IMG/VR virus record: IMGVR_UViG_3300030430_005214
Location: 1-64,000 of that record
Source of the DNA: a virus
Strand: one strand, 5' to 3'
Length of the DNA stretch: 64,000 nt
Shown here: positions 1 through 8,845 of the stretch, piece after piece
Position numbering within the stretch: position 1 is the first letter of the stretch
How the letters are laid out: the number at the start of each line of letters is the position of its first letter
Position numbers and translations under genes: made by a program
The notes under the pieces: model-generated
What the model was told of the DNA's origin: nothing
What the model saw: the letters and a program-made list of their open reading frames with translations, nothing else
Database searches by the model: none

Positions 1-1071
1 TTTATCTTTTTGTCGCTCATTCAAGGAGATGCTATTTAAAATGCGGTTTTGGTAGAGCAGTTTAGCGTTAGACAAATTGCTCTCGTCTAACTTTTGCTTA
101 AGTTGCTCGATGACTGTGCCATACTTTTGTACTTTATTTTCTAACAACTGGACTTTGTTGTTCATTTTCTTTTGCTCTCTTAGGAGAGTTTTGTTTTCTT
201 TCTGGAGGAGTTTAGACTCGTTTTGAGTTTTCTTTTTAATGATGGCAGCTTGTAATTCATCAGGAAGATTCTTCTTTTGCTTGCCTTTAAGAGAAGGATG
301 ATCATCGTGTTTTTCGGTCTTTTCTTCTTCGATCTCTGCTTCCTCAAGTTCTTTTTTCTTCTCGTCCTCTTTTTCTTTTTTCTTTTTTGGTTTTTCTCTT
401 GTTAAATAATCCTCAAGTCCTGCCATTGCAGCAGCCTGTGCGCTATCGTATTCGAAGTGATCGCTCGCCATTCCTTCATCAAGATCAGGACCAAGCTCGT
501 CTTCTTCCTCGGAGAGAAGTTCAGCGATGATGTCGGCTAGATTAGCTTCATCAATTTCTATTTCCTCGTCTAGATCAAGATCTTCTTCCATTTGTTGTTT
601 CCCGGCCAAAGCGTCTGCGAGTGCTTCATCATCAATTTGAATTGTTGCTTCGTCTAGGTCATCTTCTTCTAGAAGGTCATCAAGATCTTCATCAAGCTCA
701 ATTTCTTCGTCAAGTTCGCCTTCCAGCTCTTCAAGCACCTCTTCGCGCTCTAACATATCTGCTGGATCTAGCGTGCCCTCTTCGATTTCTTGTGCCATCA
801 TTTCCTCTAGTTTATCAAGATTAATTTCTACGATGTCCTCTTCTTCTGCTAGCTGTGCGGCCGGCAATTGATCTACGATCTTACTGCCATTTTCATCAGC
901 AACCATCGCAGCGTCCTCTTCTTCCAAGGGCTCTTCTTGTTCTAAAATTGCATTAACAGCCTCTTTTATCTCAGACTGGTACTTCTCAATAACAGCTTCT
1001 TCAGCGGTTCTTTGAGCCGTTTCTTTTAGTTGTTCTGCATCAATAATGGCTTGTTCTAACATTGAGGACAT
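1..1071 (-). CDS. Prohead core scaffolding protein (T4 gp22-like), partial; runs off the left edge
   Basis: Not in the ORF track. ATG at 1071 with AAGGAG SD. Reads MSSMLEQAIIDAEQLKETAQRTAEEAVIEKY, then a very acidic middle rich in LxE/IxE, then a coiled coil ...LDESNLSNAKLLYQNRILNS. No stop before position 1. Follows protease/bS21, the usual slot before the major capsid gene. Confidence 0.75.
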   Translation of the reverse strand, partial: MSSMLEQAIIDAEQLKETAQRTAEEAVIEKYQSEIKEAVNAILEQEEPLEEEDAAMVADENGSKIVDQLPAAQLAEEEDIVEINLDKLEEMMAQEIEEGTLDPADMLEREEVLEELEGELDEEIELDEDLDDLLEEDDLDEATIQIDDEALADALAGKQQMEEDLDLDEEIEIDEANLADIIAELLSEEEDELGPDLDEGMASDHFEYDSAQAAAMAGLEDYLTREKPKKKKEKEDEKKKELEEAEIEEEKTEKHDDHPSLKGKQKKNLPDELQAAIIKKKTQNESKLLQKENKTLLREQKKMNNKVQLLENKVQKYGTVIEQLKQKLDESNLSNAKLLYQNRILNSISLNERQKDK

Positions 1072-1096
1072 ACAAATCTCCTTTTATAACTAACAT

Positions 1097-1103
1097 TAAT
1101 TAG
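1097..1103 (-). promoter_or_regulatory. Putative late promoter motif CTAATTA upstream of scaffold
   Basis: Copy of the CTAWTTA motif found in most intergenic gaps of the window. Confidence 0.6.
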
Positions 1104-1122
1104 TTATTAAAATACTAAAAAC

Positions 1123-1365
1123 CTATTTTTGTCTTTGTTCTTCGCGTAGTTGGCGCTCTCGATTAAGTTTTTGAATAAGTCTTTTTTTTCTTAATTTCTC
1201 TCGGCGTCTTTTAATTGACGGTTTTTCATAGCGTTTTTTAGATAAAACTTTTTCAATAATTCTTTCGTTCTTTACTTTTTTAGTAAAACGTCTAATTAAT
1301 TTTTCTACGGGTTCGTCGCGATGTCTTGGTTTTACCTCGACGTTAATTGGTCTTTTGTTTCCCAT
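1123..1365 (-). CDS. rpsU: Phage-encoded 30S ribosomal protein bS21
   Basis: 80-aa basic protein with V-x-V...E.VEKLIRRFTKKV...RYEKPSIKRRRE, the bS21 signature (YEKPS); GAGG upstream of ATG. Confidence 0.9.
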   Translation of the reverse strand: MGNKRPINVEVKPRHRDEPVEKLIRRFTKKVKNERIIEKVLSKKRYEKPSIKRRREKLRKKRLIQKLNRERQLREEQRQK

Positions 1366-1373
1366 AATAACCT

Positions 1374-1793
1374 CTAAATCATTTTTGACCAGTCACGATT
1401 AGCAACTGCCATTATACCAGCGATATCTACACCGGGATCACTTGGTGCAACACCGCTCAATGCGCCTGCTTGACCATTGGAAGGATCTGCTGCTTCCTCT
1501 ATTGGCTCTGTCCCGCTAAAAACATCTACACCAAAACCGGCAGCGTCTAATAGTTTTCTTTTTTGTTCTTTCATCATTTCATATTTTTGTTCTTGCAACT
1601 CTTGACGTTGTTGTTGCATAAGTTTATTTTCTTGCATTACAGGTCTTTGTTGTATAGGAGATTGTTGTAGCGGCTGGATGCCTTTTACAACCTCTGAAAT
1701 AATGTTGGATAATAAACCTTTTTCTAGAAGTACTTCACTAATGCACTCTTCTACGATAGGCTTAATAACTCTTTTAAGTTGTGATTTTTTCAT
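1374..1793 (-). CDS. Hypothetical head-associated protein
   Basis: 139 aa between protease and bS21; MKKSQLKRVIKPIVEECISEVLLE start with several [IL]-x-E motifs. Confidence 0.55.
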   Translation of the reverse strand: MKKSQLKRVIKPIVEECISEVLLEKGLLSNIISEVVKGIQPLQQSPIQQRPVMQENKLMQQQRQELQEQKYEMMKEQKRKLLDAAGFGVDVFSGTEPIEEAADPSNGQAGALSGVAPSDPGVDIAGIMAVANRDWSKMI

Positions 1794-1794
1794 T

Positions 1795-2442
1795 TTAACC
1801 TTTTAAGATTTCATTTAGTGCGCGATTAATTCTATCGCCTTTTGTAAAAAATTCTTTTGACTTATTTTCAGACATTCGAAGCTTTATATCACCCTTGTGC
1901 GGTTCTAAAACATAAGCACCAGGAGATGAAGGTTCTGAAACAGCATCAAAACAAATAAGTTGTAAATCGTCCTGCACAACTTGAATAGAGTTTCCTTGTG
2001 CGTCACGACTTTCTTTTAGTGAGCCCATTGCTCTTGATGAAAAACCAAAAAGCACACCACTTTCGTAAAGACCTCGGAGGATATCCCCAGAGGGTGTTTT
2101 AAGAACTTTTATTGTTCCTAATACGCTGTCGCCATCCCAATACATTCTTGTAATCATATGGGATGCATTTTTAAGATTAATAACTGAGTCATCCGGATGA
2201 TCGCATTCGCCAATGGCTCTGTTTTCTCTAATCAACTTTTGATAATTTTCAACTTCTCTTTCCAGCACGTCGCGAGGATAAGTTCTGCCATTTCCATTTC
2301 TAACATTGCATTGTTGCAATTTTGCAGGAAACATAAGAAAGCCCTCAGAAAGCATTTTCTTTTCACTCTCATTTAAGAGATCGCGGCAGCCTCTATCATC
2401 GCATTTAAGTTCAAAAAATTCTCGTAAAAGTTGTTTAGCCAT
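1795..2442 (-). CDS. Prohead core protease (T4 gp21-like)
   Basis: NxNGRxYP, GECDHP, ASH, GFSSRAMGS and FDAVSEPSSPGA motifs typical of gp21-family proteases. Confidence 0.93.
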   Translation of the reverse strand: MAKQLLREFFELKCDDRGCRDLLNESEKKMLSEGFLMFPAKLQQCNVRNGNGRTYPRDVLEREVENYQKLIRENRAIGECDHPDDSVINLKNASHMITRMYWDGDSVLGTIKVLKTPSGDILRGLYESGVLFGFSSRAMGSLKESRDAQGNSIQVVQDDLQLICFDAVSEPSSPGAYVLEPHKGDIKLRMSENKSKEFFTKGDRINRALNEILKG

Positions 2443-2542
2443 TGTTAATCCTTGTAGCGGGCGTTACCCGCCCGTCTATCGATCCGCTGCAACAGCGGCG
2501 AACAGGTTGTAATTTCCACTTTAAAGTCCACTCGTTACGCAT
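2435..2542 (-). CDS. Unannotated 35-aa micropeptide MRNEWTLKWKLQPVRRCCSGSIDGRVTPATRINNG
   Basis: AAGGAG SD 5 nt before ATG 2542; fills the gap between two genes; TAA at 2435-2437, so the ORF overlaps the first 8 nt of the protease gene. Confidence 0.6.
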   Translation of the reverse strand: MRNEWTLKWKLQPVRRCCSGSIDGRVTPATRINNG

Positions 2543-2544
2543 TT

Positions 2545-2853
2545 TTACTCCTTTTGGTTTACTTTTAAACCAAAGTCATTAACAAGCATCGCTAATAAAT
2601 AACTTGTTCCAGAGGATAAACATCCCAAAAGAAAAGCATTTATTAAACTATAATCAAATGTAAATAGTTCTGTAAAAGGGTTTATGCTCCATAAAAACAC
2701 CCCGGCCCAAAAACCAAAGCACAGAGGGCATCTGTAAAGCTTTCCATAAAACCCTGCTTTATCCATTAATTGTCTGAATTTTTCAAATATAGAACCGTAG
2801 ACGACGATCATTGTTAGACCGTAAGCACATAAAACAAAATGTAATAAATTCAT
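2545..2853 (-). CDS. Small membrane protein with CxxC (DUF1360-like)
   Basis: Three hydrophobic segments; YRCPLCFGFW motif. Confidence 0.6.
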   Translation of the reverse strand: MNLLHFVLCAYGLTMIVVYGSIFEKFRQLMDKAGFYGKLYRCPLCFGFWAGVFLWSINPFTELFTFDYSLINAFLLGCLSSGTSYLLAMLVNDFGLKVNQKE

Positions 2854-3417
2854 TTATTCCTCGTAGTAGTAACCGACAAGACCATAGGCAGCGGTTGAAC
2901 CTGGATAAGTGTTCACCGTGCCCTGTCTTGGCTCGTGGGGGATTTTTCCTAGTCGGGTTGTATCCTCATCAGAGGGCTCTGTTAAAGTCTTATCAAAGCT
3001 ATTTTCATAGTCTCTGTAAGCTTTTACGCCAGGGGCCTCTTCATGTAGGAACTTCGCGATTGAGTAAACAGTAACGTCGATAGGGCTAATATCTTTTTGC
3101 TTTTCTTCAGGAATAAGAATAGTTCCCTCTAGAGATCCAAAAACATTACCACCTCTAACCATACCGGGATCAACGACACCATGTTTAGTAAGATATTCAA
3201 ACATTCTAGATTGTGTTGCATAAACATGATCACCGTAACGATCTTTAGAAAGAGCAAATACTTTATTTTTTGACGGAGAAACTAGAATATCAATATCTGG
3301 GTGGTCAAATATCATAATATCACCAGCCATGGTTTTTCTTGCTTTAAGTTCAACTACTGCATCTGGCTTATCTATTTTGATGCGGACTGGTTTTTTATTG
3401 TCGATTGTTATTTTCAT
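2854..3417 (-). CDS. Hypothetical protein (head operon)
   Basis: 187-aa ORF, TAATG-coupled to the upstream gene. Confidence 0.6.
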   Translation of the reverse strand: MKITIDNKKPVRIKIDKPDAVVELKARKTMAGDIMIFDHPDIDILVSPSKNKVFALSKDRYGDHVYATQSRMFEYLTKHGVVDPGMVRGGNVFGSLEGTILIPEEKQKDISPIDVTVYSIAKFLHEEAPGVKAYRDYENSFDKTLTEPSDEDTTRLGKIPHEPRQGTVNTYPGSTAAYGLVGYYYEE

Positions 3418-4229
3418 TATGATAAAATCTCTTTTTCTAACTGTTGAATTTGTAAAACTTTATGAAGGGTTTCTTTGTTAATAGGCTCTTTACTGACATT
3501 AGATAAAATATCATAAATTTTCAGTAAGTTTTCCTTAATGGTTTTATCATTCTGTGTTTCTTCTAACTTTTGAGCTTCAATGACAACATTTTTTAATCGG
3601 CCGATCTCTTCACTTAAATAAAAGTTAAATTCCAAGCCGTTATCGGAAAAAGAAGAAATATAATTAGAAAGTAGTTGCTTTTGGCTTTCAAGTAGTGTAG
3701 AGTAAGAATCATTAAATCTTTTAGTAAAAGCCTTAACAACCAACGAAGACGCTCGTGGGGTTTCTGTTTTTTCTGCTGGTTTAGAGGTTAGGCGTTCTAC
3801 TATTTTTGTTTCTAAAAGAACTTTTGTTTTTGGTCCCCCAACGGATCCAAAAATCTGTGATATAGTAGCTAAGTATTTATAATTTGGAACAAAGTTGTTA
3901 AAGACACTTCTTGATAGTTCTTTATTTATTTTTGAAATAGTTGCACTTTGCTCTTTGAAAAGTTGTTTTTGGTCAACCATTGAATGTTGATGCTTTGTTT
4001 CTATTAAAACCTTTTCGGCTATTTTTTCTTGTAAATTATTATTTTCTAAAAGAGTTTTATATAATTCTAACTCTTTGCGAAGTTGTGTTTCTGGAGCAAA
4101 CGATTCTTTCATTATTTTTATAGCAACGTCTCTTTTGCTATTGTTTCTAGCTACTGATTGTTTAACAATTTCTCGTATCAGAGCCTCGTAGATAAAAGCA
4201 GTGTTTCTTTTCTTGTTATGCCTTGCCAT
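3417..4229 (-). CDS. Hypothetical helical protein directly downstream of portal (prohead core/assembly candidate)
   Basis: 270 aa; MARHNKKRNTAFIYEAL start; position between portal and protease. Confidence 0.6.
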   Translation of the reverse strand: MARHNKKRNTAFIYEALIREIVKQSVARNNSKRDVAIKIMKESFAPETQLRKELELYKTLLENNNLQEKIAEKVLIETKHQHSMVDQKQLFKEQSATISKINKELSRSVFNNFVPNYKYLATISQIFGSVGGPKTKVLLETKIVERLTSKPAEKTETPRASSLVVKAFTKRFNDSYSTLLESQKQLLSNYISSFSDNGLEFNFYLSEEIGRLKNVVIEAQKLEETQNDKTIKENLLKIYDILSNVSKEPINKETLHKVLQIQQLEKEILS

Positions 4230-6233
4230 TTAGTCTTGCTCCAAATCTTTAAAGATTTCTTTTATTTCATCTCTAACTTCGAAGATCTGTTTTTCTTCTT
4301 CTTCGTAATTAGTTGTTTTATTCTCAAAAATGCCTTTTCCTGTAGTCTTGAAAGAATCTAAGCCTAGCATTGTTGCCGCGTCTTTCGATAAGTTCATTCT
4401 TACTTGACGATCTGGCATTCTTGATATTTCATGTGAATGACTTGCCCTGTAAGAGCGCTTTCTAGCTCCCCCATCTCTTTTGTCAACTTTAACCGGAGTA
4501 TACATTTTGCCTTTTGAATTTGTAGTTGTAGTCTGACCAGTTTTTTTATTAACTATTTTATAATTTGTATCGTCGCGCTTTCCTGGCGGTTCTGCCGCAG
4601 GCTCCGCACCGGGTTCAGCGAGTAAAGGCGTGTCATCTGCTTCGGCAGCAGGCGGCTCTTCAGCTGGCGGTTCTGCGCCTAAACCTTCATCACCAAGACC
4701 TAGACCGCCGCCTTCGTCACCGCCGAGGTCTCCTAAGTCACCACCACCAATATCTCCAAGGCCGCCGACGCCGCCAGTGTCTGCTGTTTCTTCAGCTACT
4801 TTTTCTAGTGCTGTGGTGACTTGTCTATCGTAAAAAATCTCTCGCTGGTTTCGCAAGTATTCGTCTTCTGAAACATCAAATATGTTTTCAGCAATCCAAC
4901 GTTTTGAGAAATAACCCTCTGTTGCTTGAGAAGCCACACTAAACTTCGTATTCCAAGTTTCAAGCTCTTGTAGCTCAGAAATCTTTGAAGGATTGTTAAG
5001 TTTTAACTTAAAGTTAATTAAATCGTCACCGCGGTAGCCAAGAACGTAAAGATGAATGGTCGCTATTTTTTCTAATTCTGATATTATAGAACGTTGCATT
5101 CTTTGAACTGTTCTGGCAAAACGTATGTCTTTTTGAGCTAATGCACCCTTTTCTTCTTCGCCGCCATCACCTCTAATAAGATAAGATTGTGGTATCTTAA
5201 GAGCAGAAAACATTTTATCTCGTAGATACTTTACATCATCGATATCACCTGTAAAAGTGCCGCCGGGGAGCGATTGAATTTCAGTTTTTACTCCTCCGCG
5301 AACTGGAATGTAGTAATCTTCTTCAACAGACATCGGGTTATAACGAAGGTCAACTCGACCTGTATCAGCATCTACAACTTGATTTCTCTTCATAGATGTA
5401 ATAAATCGTTGCATAAAGTTTTCTATATCTTGCGGTGGAATATTACCAACATCAACATAAAATACTTTTCGCTCTGGCGAGCGGACGATACGATAGGCCA
5501 TCATTGCGTCTTCAAGAAGTGTTAGTTGTCTCCATATTCTACGAGCGGGATCTAGAACTGAAGTTCCATATGGTGCAAACTTATCGTTTCCTAAGATACG
5601 GAAATGAGCAACCTGCCAGTTTTCAAAAGTGACGCCGGCGCTATTCCACTGAAATTGCACATAATTTGGATTTTGTTTATCTTCACCTTCAAGTCTCTCG
5701 ATCTCTCTAGAAGGCAGGCCAATAACGTTTTTTATACCAAGGTGTGAATCAATATCCATGTAAAGATAAAAATCACCGTACTTACACATAGTTCTTGCCC
5801 AGCCAAAAAGATTAAACTCAATGTTAAGAACTTTATAGTAAAGCGTTTCTAATATTTGTTTTATTTCTTCATCATGACATTGTATCTTTAGCATTCTATT
5901 ATAAACGTTAAATGTTGTCATCTCATCAGCAAAGATATCTAGAGCAGAGGCGAGTTCTGGGGTATACTCCATTTGTTCAAAGTCGGCATAACGAACCAAG
6001 CGACTTTGTGTGCTCATGTTGTAGTTTGAAAAATTATCTAATGGGTTGTAACTGGATCGTTCAAATTTTTGACCGGCTACATCTTTAAAAGTGTTCGCAT
6101 ATTTATCAAGTCTTCTTCTGCGAAGCTGTCTAGTGTTTTGCGTTCTGTAATTAATAATTGGACCAGAAAATAAACGCGTTAATCTTTTAAAAAGTGGTGA
6201 TTCTGTATTTTTAGTATTTTCGTTTCCAGCCAT
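4230..6233 (-). CDS. Portal protein (T4 gp20-like)
   Basis: LLEDAMMAYRIVRSPERKVFYVDVGN, EDYYIPVRG, DIDDVKY...ALKIP and DIRFAR motifs; directly follows TerL. Confidence 0.95.
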   Translation of the reverse strand: MAGNENTKNTESPLFKRLTRLFSGPIINYRTQNTRQLRRRRLDKYANTFKDVAGQKFERSSYNPLDNFSNYNMSTQSRLVRYADFEQMEYTPELASALDIFADEMTTFNVYNRMLKIQCHDEEIKQILETLYYKVLNIEFNLFGWARTMCKYGDFYLYMDIDSHLGIKNVIGLPSREIERLEGEDKQNPNYVQFQWNSAGVTFENWQVAHFRILGNDKFAPYGTSVLDPARRIWRQLTLLEDAMMAYRIVRSPERKVFYVDVGNIPPQDIENFMQRFITSMKRNQVVDADTGRVDLRYNPMSVEEDYYIPVRGGVKTEIQSLPGGTFTGDIDDVKYLRDKMFSALKIPQSYLIRGDGGEEEKGALAQKDIRFARTVQRMQRSIISELEKIATIHLYVLGYRGDDLINFKLKLNNPSKISELQELETWNTKFSVASQATEGYFSKRWIAENIFDVSEDEYLRNQREIFYDRQVTTALEKVAEETADTGGVGGLGDIGGGDLGDLGGDEGGGLGLGDEGLGAEPPAEEPPAAEADDTPLLAEPGAEPAAEPPGKRDDTNYKIVNKKTGQTTTTNSKGKMYTPVKVDKRDGGARKRSYRASHSHEISRMPDRQVRMNLSKDAATMLGLDSFKTTGKGIFENKTTNYEEEEKQIFEVRDEIKEIFKDLEQD

Positions 6234-6236
6234 TTT

Positions 6237-7814
6237 TTATCCTTTAAATATCCAAGAAAAATCTTTTCTTAATTTTTGTTCTTCTTCATATCTTTCATGT
6301 AAAGAAGCTTTATATTGACCAGGGGCTCTTGTATCTAAATTAGTTCTGCTGGTAGCTATGCTATTAATAAAAGCTTTTCTATATTCAACGTCTTTTTGAT
6401 TTTCTATAATAGCAGTATCTCTCACCCAACAGCCAATTGCAGCAGCCATTACTAAATCATCATTATAGCCCCGCTGTGCTTCTGGTCTTCCATTTCTCCA
6501 AATAAATGTATCTAATTCGTTTGCTAAACGTTTAGAATAAATAGTTAATACTTTATTTCTTATGAACTCTTCAAACTTTGCTATTATTAAAGGTCTTGTT
6601 TTGAGAGATGTAGTAAAACCAGGGACAACAGATGAATCCCCCAAAGCAGCATACTGTTCCACATACTGATGAGAACCTTTCTTGCTATGGTAAACATTTT
6701 TATACCCTTTTTCTAAAAGTTTTTCTAAAACACTGAAGCCAACGTTGTTGTTTTCCACCACTAACATTGCTTCTTTATATTCTAACCCAGTTGTGTAAAG
6801 TATTTCAGAAAAAAGATCTGAGGTCGGCTTACCTTTGTATTCTGCAACTATCTCCATCGTTTGAAGTTTAAAGACGTGAAAAGTACTTGAGTCTGCACCG
6901 TCACCTCTGGCGACGTCAGCAACTAATAAATAACTATGTCCTTCTTGTGCTTCTTCCCAAATCCAAGTATTTCTATCAAAACCTACTCTATATTTTGGCT
7001 CCACTAAACTTTCTTTTATTCTTAATATGTCATCTCCATGAATAACAGTATCTCCTGAAGTATTAAAGTTGCATTCATACTCTTGCGCGATTTGGCGCCT
7101 GGACATGTTTTTAGTCTCTGTTTTAAACCATTCGTCATCTCTATCGGGATGTACATCCCAAGGAAGATTTACAGGTAAAAATTCATTGTCGCCGCCTTCT
7201 GCTCCAACATATGTCTCATGAAACCAATCACCTACGCCATTCGGAGTTGATATGGCGATACAGCGCCCACCGGTAGAAATTGTAGGATAAAGACCGGTCC
7301 AGAGTTCATCAAGCCCATCAATGTGTGCGGCCTCATCAATAACTAACAATGATAGTGCTTCTGAACGACCAGCATCACCAGATGTAGATGATGCTTTAAC
7401 TTGACTTCCGTTTGTCAGTTCTATACTGTTTTTATTATCTACACTAAAATTCGCTATCTTTAGCCACGGAGGTAAGTTTTTTAAAATTGTTTTTACTTTT
7501 TTAACTAAGTTTGCTGCGGTCGCTAATTTTGTTGCAACGATGAGGACATTTTTATCACGATGAAAAAGCACAAGCCATGCGACATAAGCAGCAGTGATAG
7601 TTGAAATTCCTAACTGTCTTGCTTTGAGAACGACTATAAAGCGATGTAATGCAAGGTTTTCTACTAAATCTCCTTGAAAATCATAAGTTTTAAATGGAAT
7701 AAGACCTTTACCTGGGTGTGGTATTTTACAATAGGTGTTTATAAAATAGACGGGCTTCTTACCAGATTTTACAATCTCTTTTACTATCTTTTCTTTTGTG
7801 AGTTTGTAAGCCAT
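6237..7814 (-). CDS. terL: Terminase large subunit (T4 gp17-like)
   Basis: KARQLGIST Walker A, LLVIDEAAH Walker B, ISTPNG motif III, nuclease ADVARGDGAD...DDLVMA. Confidence 0.95.
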   Translation of the reverse strand: MAYKLTKEKIVKEIVKSGKKPVYFINTYCKIPHPGKGLIPFKTYDFQGDLVENLALHRFIVVLKARQLGISTITAAYVAWLVLFHRDKNVLIVATKLATAANLVKKVKTILKNLPPWLKIANFSVDNKNSIELTNGSQVKASSTSGDAGRSEALSLLVIDEAAHIDGLDELWTGLYPTISTGGRCIAISTPNGVGDWFHETYVGAEGGDNEFLPVNLPWDVHPDRDDEWFKTETKNMSRRQIAQEYECNFNTSGDTVIHGDDILRIKESLVEPKYRVGFDRNTWIWEEAQEGHSYLLVADVARGDGADSSTFHVFKLQTMEIVAEYKGKPTSDLFSEILYTTGLEYKEAMLVVENNNVGFSVLEKLLEKGYKNVYHSKKGSHQYVEQYAALGDSSVVPGFTTSLKTRPLIIAKFEEFIRNKVLTIYSKRLANELDTFIWRNGRPEAQRGYNDDLVMAAAIGCWVRDTAIIENQKDVEYRKAFINSIATSRTNLDTRAPGQYKASLHERYEEEQKLRKDFSWIFKG

Positions 7815-8356
7815 TAATCATTTGGTCTGGTGTCATTTTCGGGTCTTTTATCAGAAGACTGCTCAAGAAACTTTTTAAAGTTGTCTTCTAATCTATCCTC
7901 CGATGGTTCGGCAACTGGTGTCACATCTTTCATGTTACCCACCGTGTACACTTTTGAAGCTTGAACCCATGTTCTAATTTTAGACATGTTTTGTAATATC
8001 ATACTAACCGGGCCATCTTCAGTCAGGTTAAGAGTTTCACCACTAACATTCTTATATTCTTTTTTTAAAAACTTTGAAATGTCAGCAAACGTTTGCTCTA
8101 ATTCTTGATCCAAATTTGTATTGTGAAAAGATGATACGGGCATTTCTGACTGGTAGGATACGATGAGTTTTGGACCGCTCATACGAACTTTAAATCCGTC
8201 CATCACTCTAGAATCATTTAAGGCACAGCCTTTTTCTCGTTTTAATCCAATTGGATCGTCTTCTCCATCTACTCTAAATCGTCCATCTTGCGCACCATCA
8301 TAAGCATTTGCAGCCGCTTGGTTAATTCCTTTAATAATATCGTAAACTGTAGCCAT
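7814..8356 (-). CDS. Hypothetical protein
   Basis: 180-aa ORF, TAATG-coupled on both sides. Confidence 0.6.
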   Translation of the reverse strand: MATVYDIIKGINQAAANAYDGAQDGRFRVDGEDDPIGLKREKGCALNDSRVMDGFKVRMSGPKLIVSYQSEMPVSSFHNTNLDQELEQTFADISKFLKKEYKNVSGETLNLTEDGPVSMILQNMSKIRTWVQASKVYTVGNMKDVTPVAEPSEDRLEDNFKKFLEQSSDKRPENDTRPND

Positions 8357-8736
8357 TAATTTTGCTCCTTATCAGGTCGCCAGCCCTCTAGCCATCTTTC
8401 TTCTCTATCTTCTATCCATTGAATATAACAACTTTCGCAACATTCAAATTTATTCATGTAAAGATCATCTTTACCAGAGAAAGAATAAGTTTCGCAAACT
8501 GGGCAAACTCTATTTATATCTTTATTAATTAGGTTTCTGGTAATGAAAAAGCCGTCTTCATTTATTTTGTCTTCAGCTTCTTTGGATTGTTCAGAATAAA
8601 ATTGTTTCAAATCTTCTAAATATTGTTTTTCTTTTTCATCATCCCAGCCAGACTTTGGATTAACAATTGATTCTTTTCCAAACTTTTTAGACATTGCTTT
8701 TTCTATTTTTGCAATTTTATTTAGATCTTTTTTCAT
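8356..8736 (-). CDS. Hypothetical zinc-binding protein
   Basis: CPVC...CCESC motif and C-terminal EERWLEGWRP; first gene after a promoter motif, upstream of TerL. Confidence 0.6.
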   Translation of the reverse strand: MKKDLNKIAKIEKAMSKKFGKESIVNPKSGWDDEKEKQYLEDLKQFYSEQSKEAEDKINEDGFFITRNLINKDINRVCPVCETYSFSGKDDLYMNKFECCESCYIQWIEDREERWLEGWRPDKEQN

Positions 8737-8776
8737 TTATAACCTTATAGAAATAAACATCATTGTAACACTATAA

Positions 8777-8783
8777 TAAATAG
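8777..8783 (-). promoter_or_regulatory. Putative late promoter motif CTATTTA for the packaging/head operon
   Basis: AACTATTTAT directly after the terminator, about 40 nt before ATG 8736. Confidence 0.6.
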
Positions 8784-8788
8784 TTTTT

Positions 8789-8817
8789 AAAAAAAAAGGG
8801 AGGTCCGAAAACCTCCC
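8789..8817 (-). terminator. Rho-independent terminator after the large fibre gene
   Basis: GGGAGGT-TTTCGG-ACCTCCC hairpin (UUCG-type loop) followed by 9 T on the minus strand. Confidence 0.9.
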
Positions 8818-8845
8818 CCAGAGAACTTATATTATAAGTAAAAGA

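Noticed and set aside
6237-7814. Inteins or introns in TerL, primase or Mre11-Rad50
   Set aside because: Lengths are normal and no C/S...HN splice motifs or LAGLIDADG/HNH inserts were seen.
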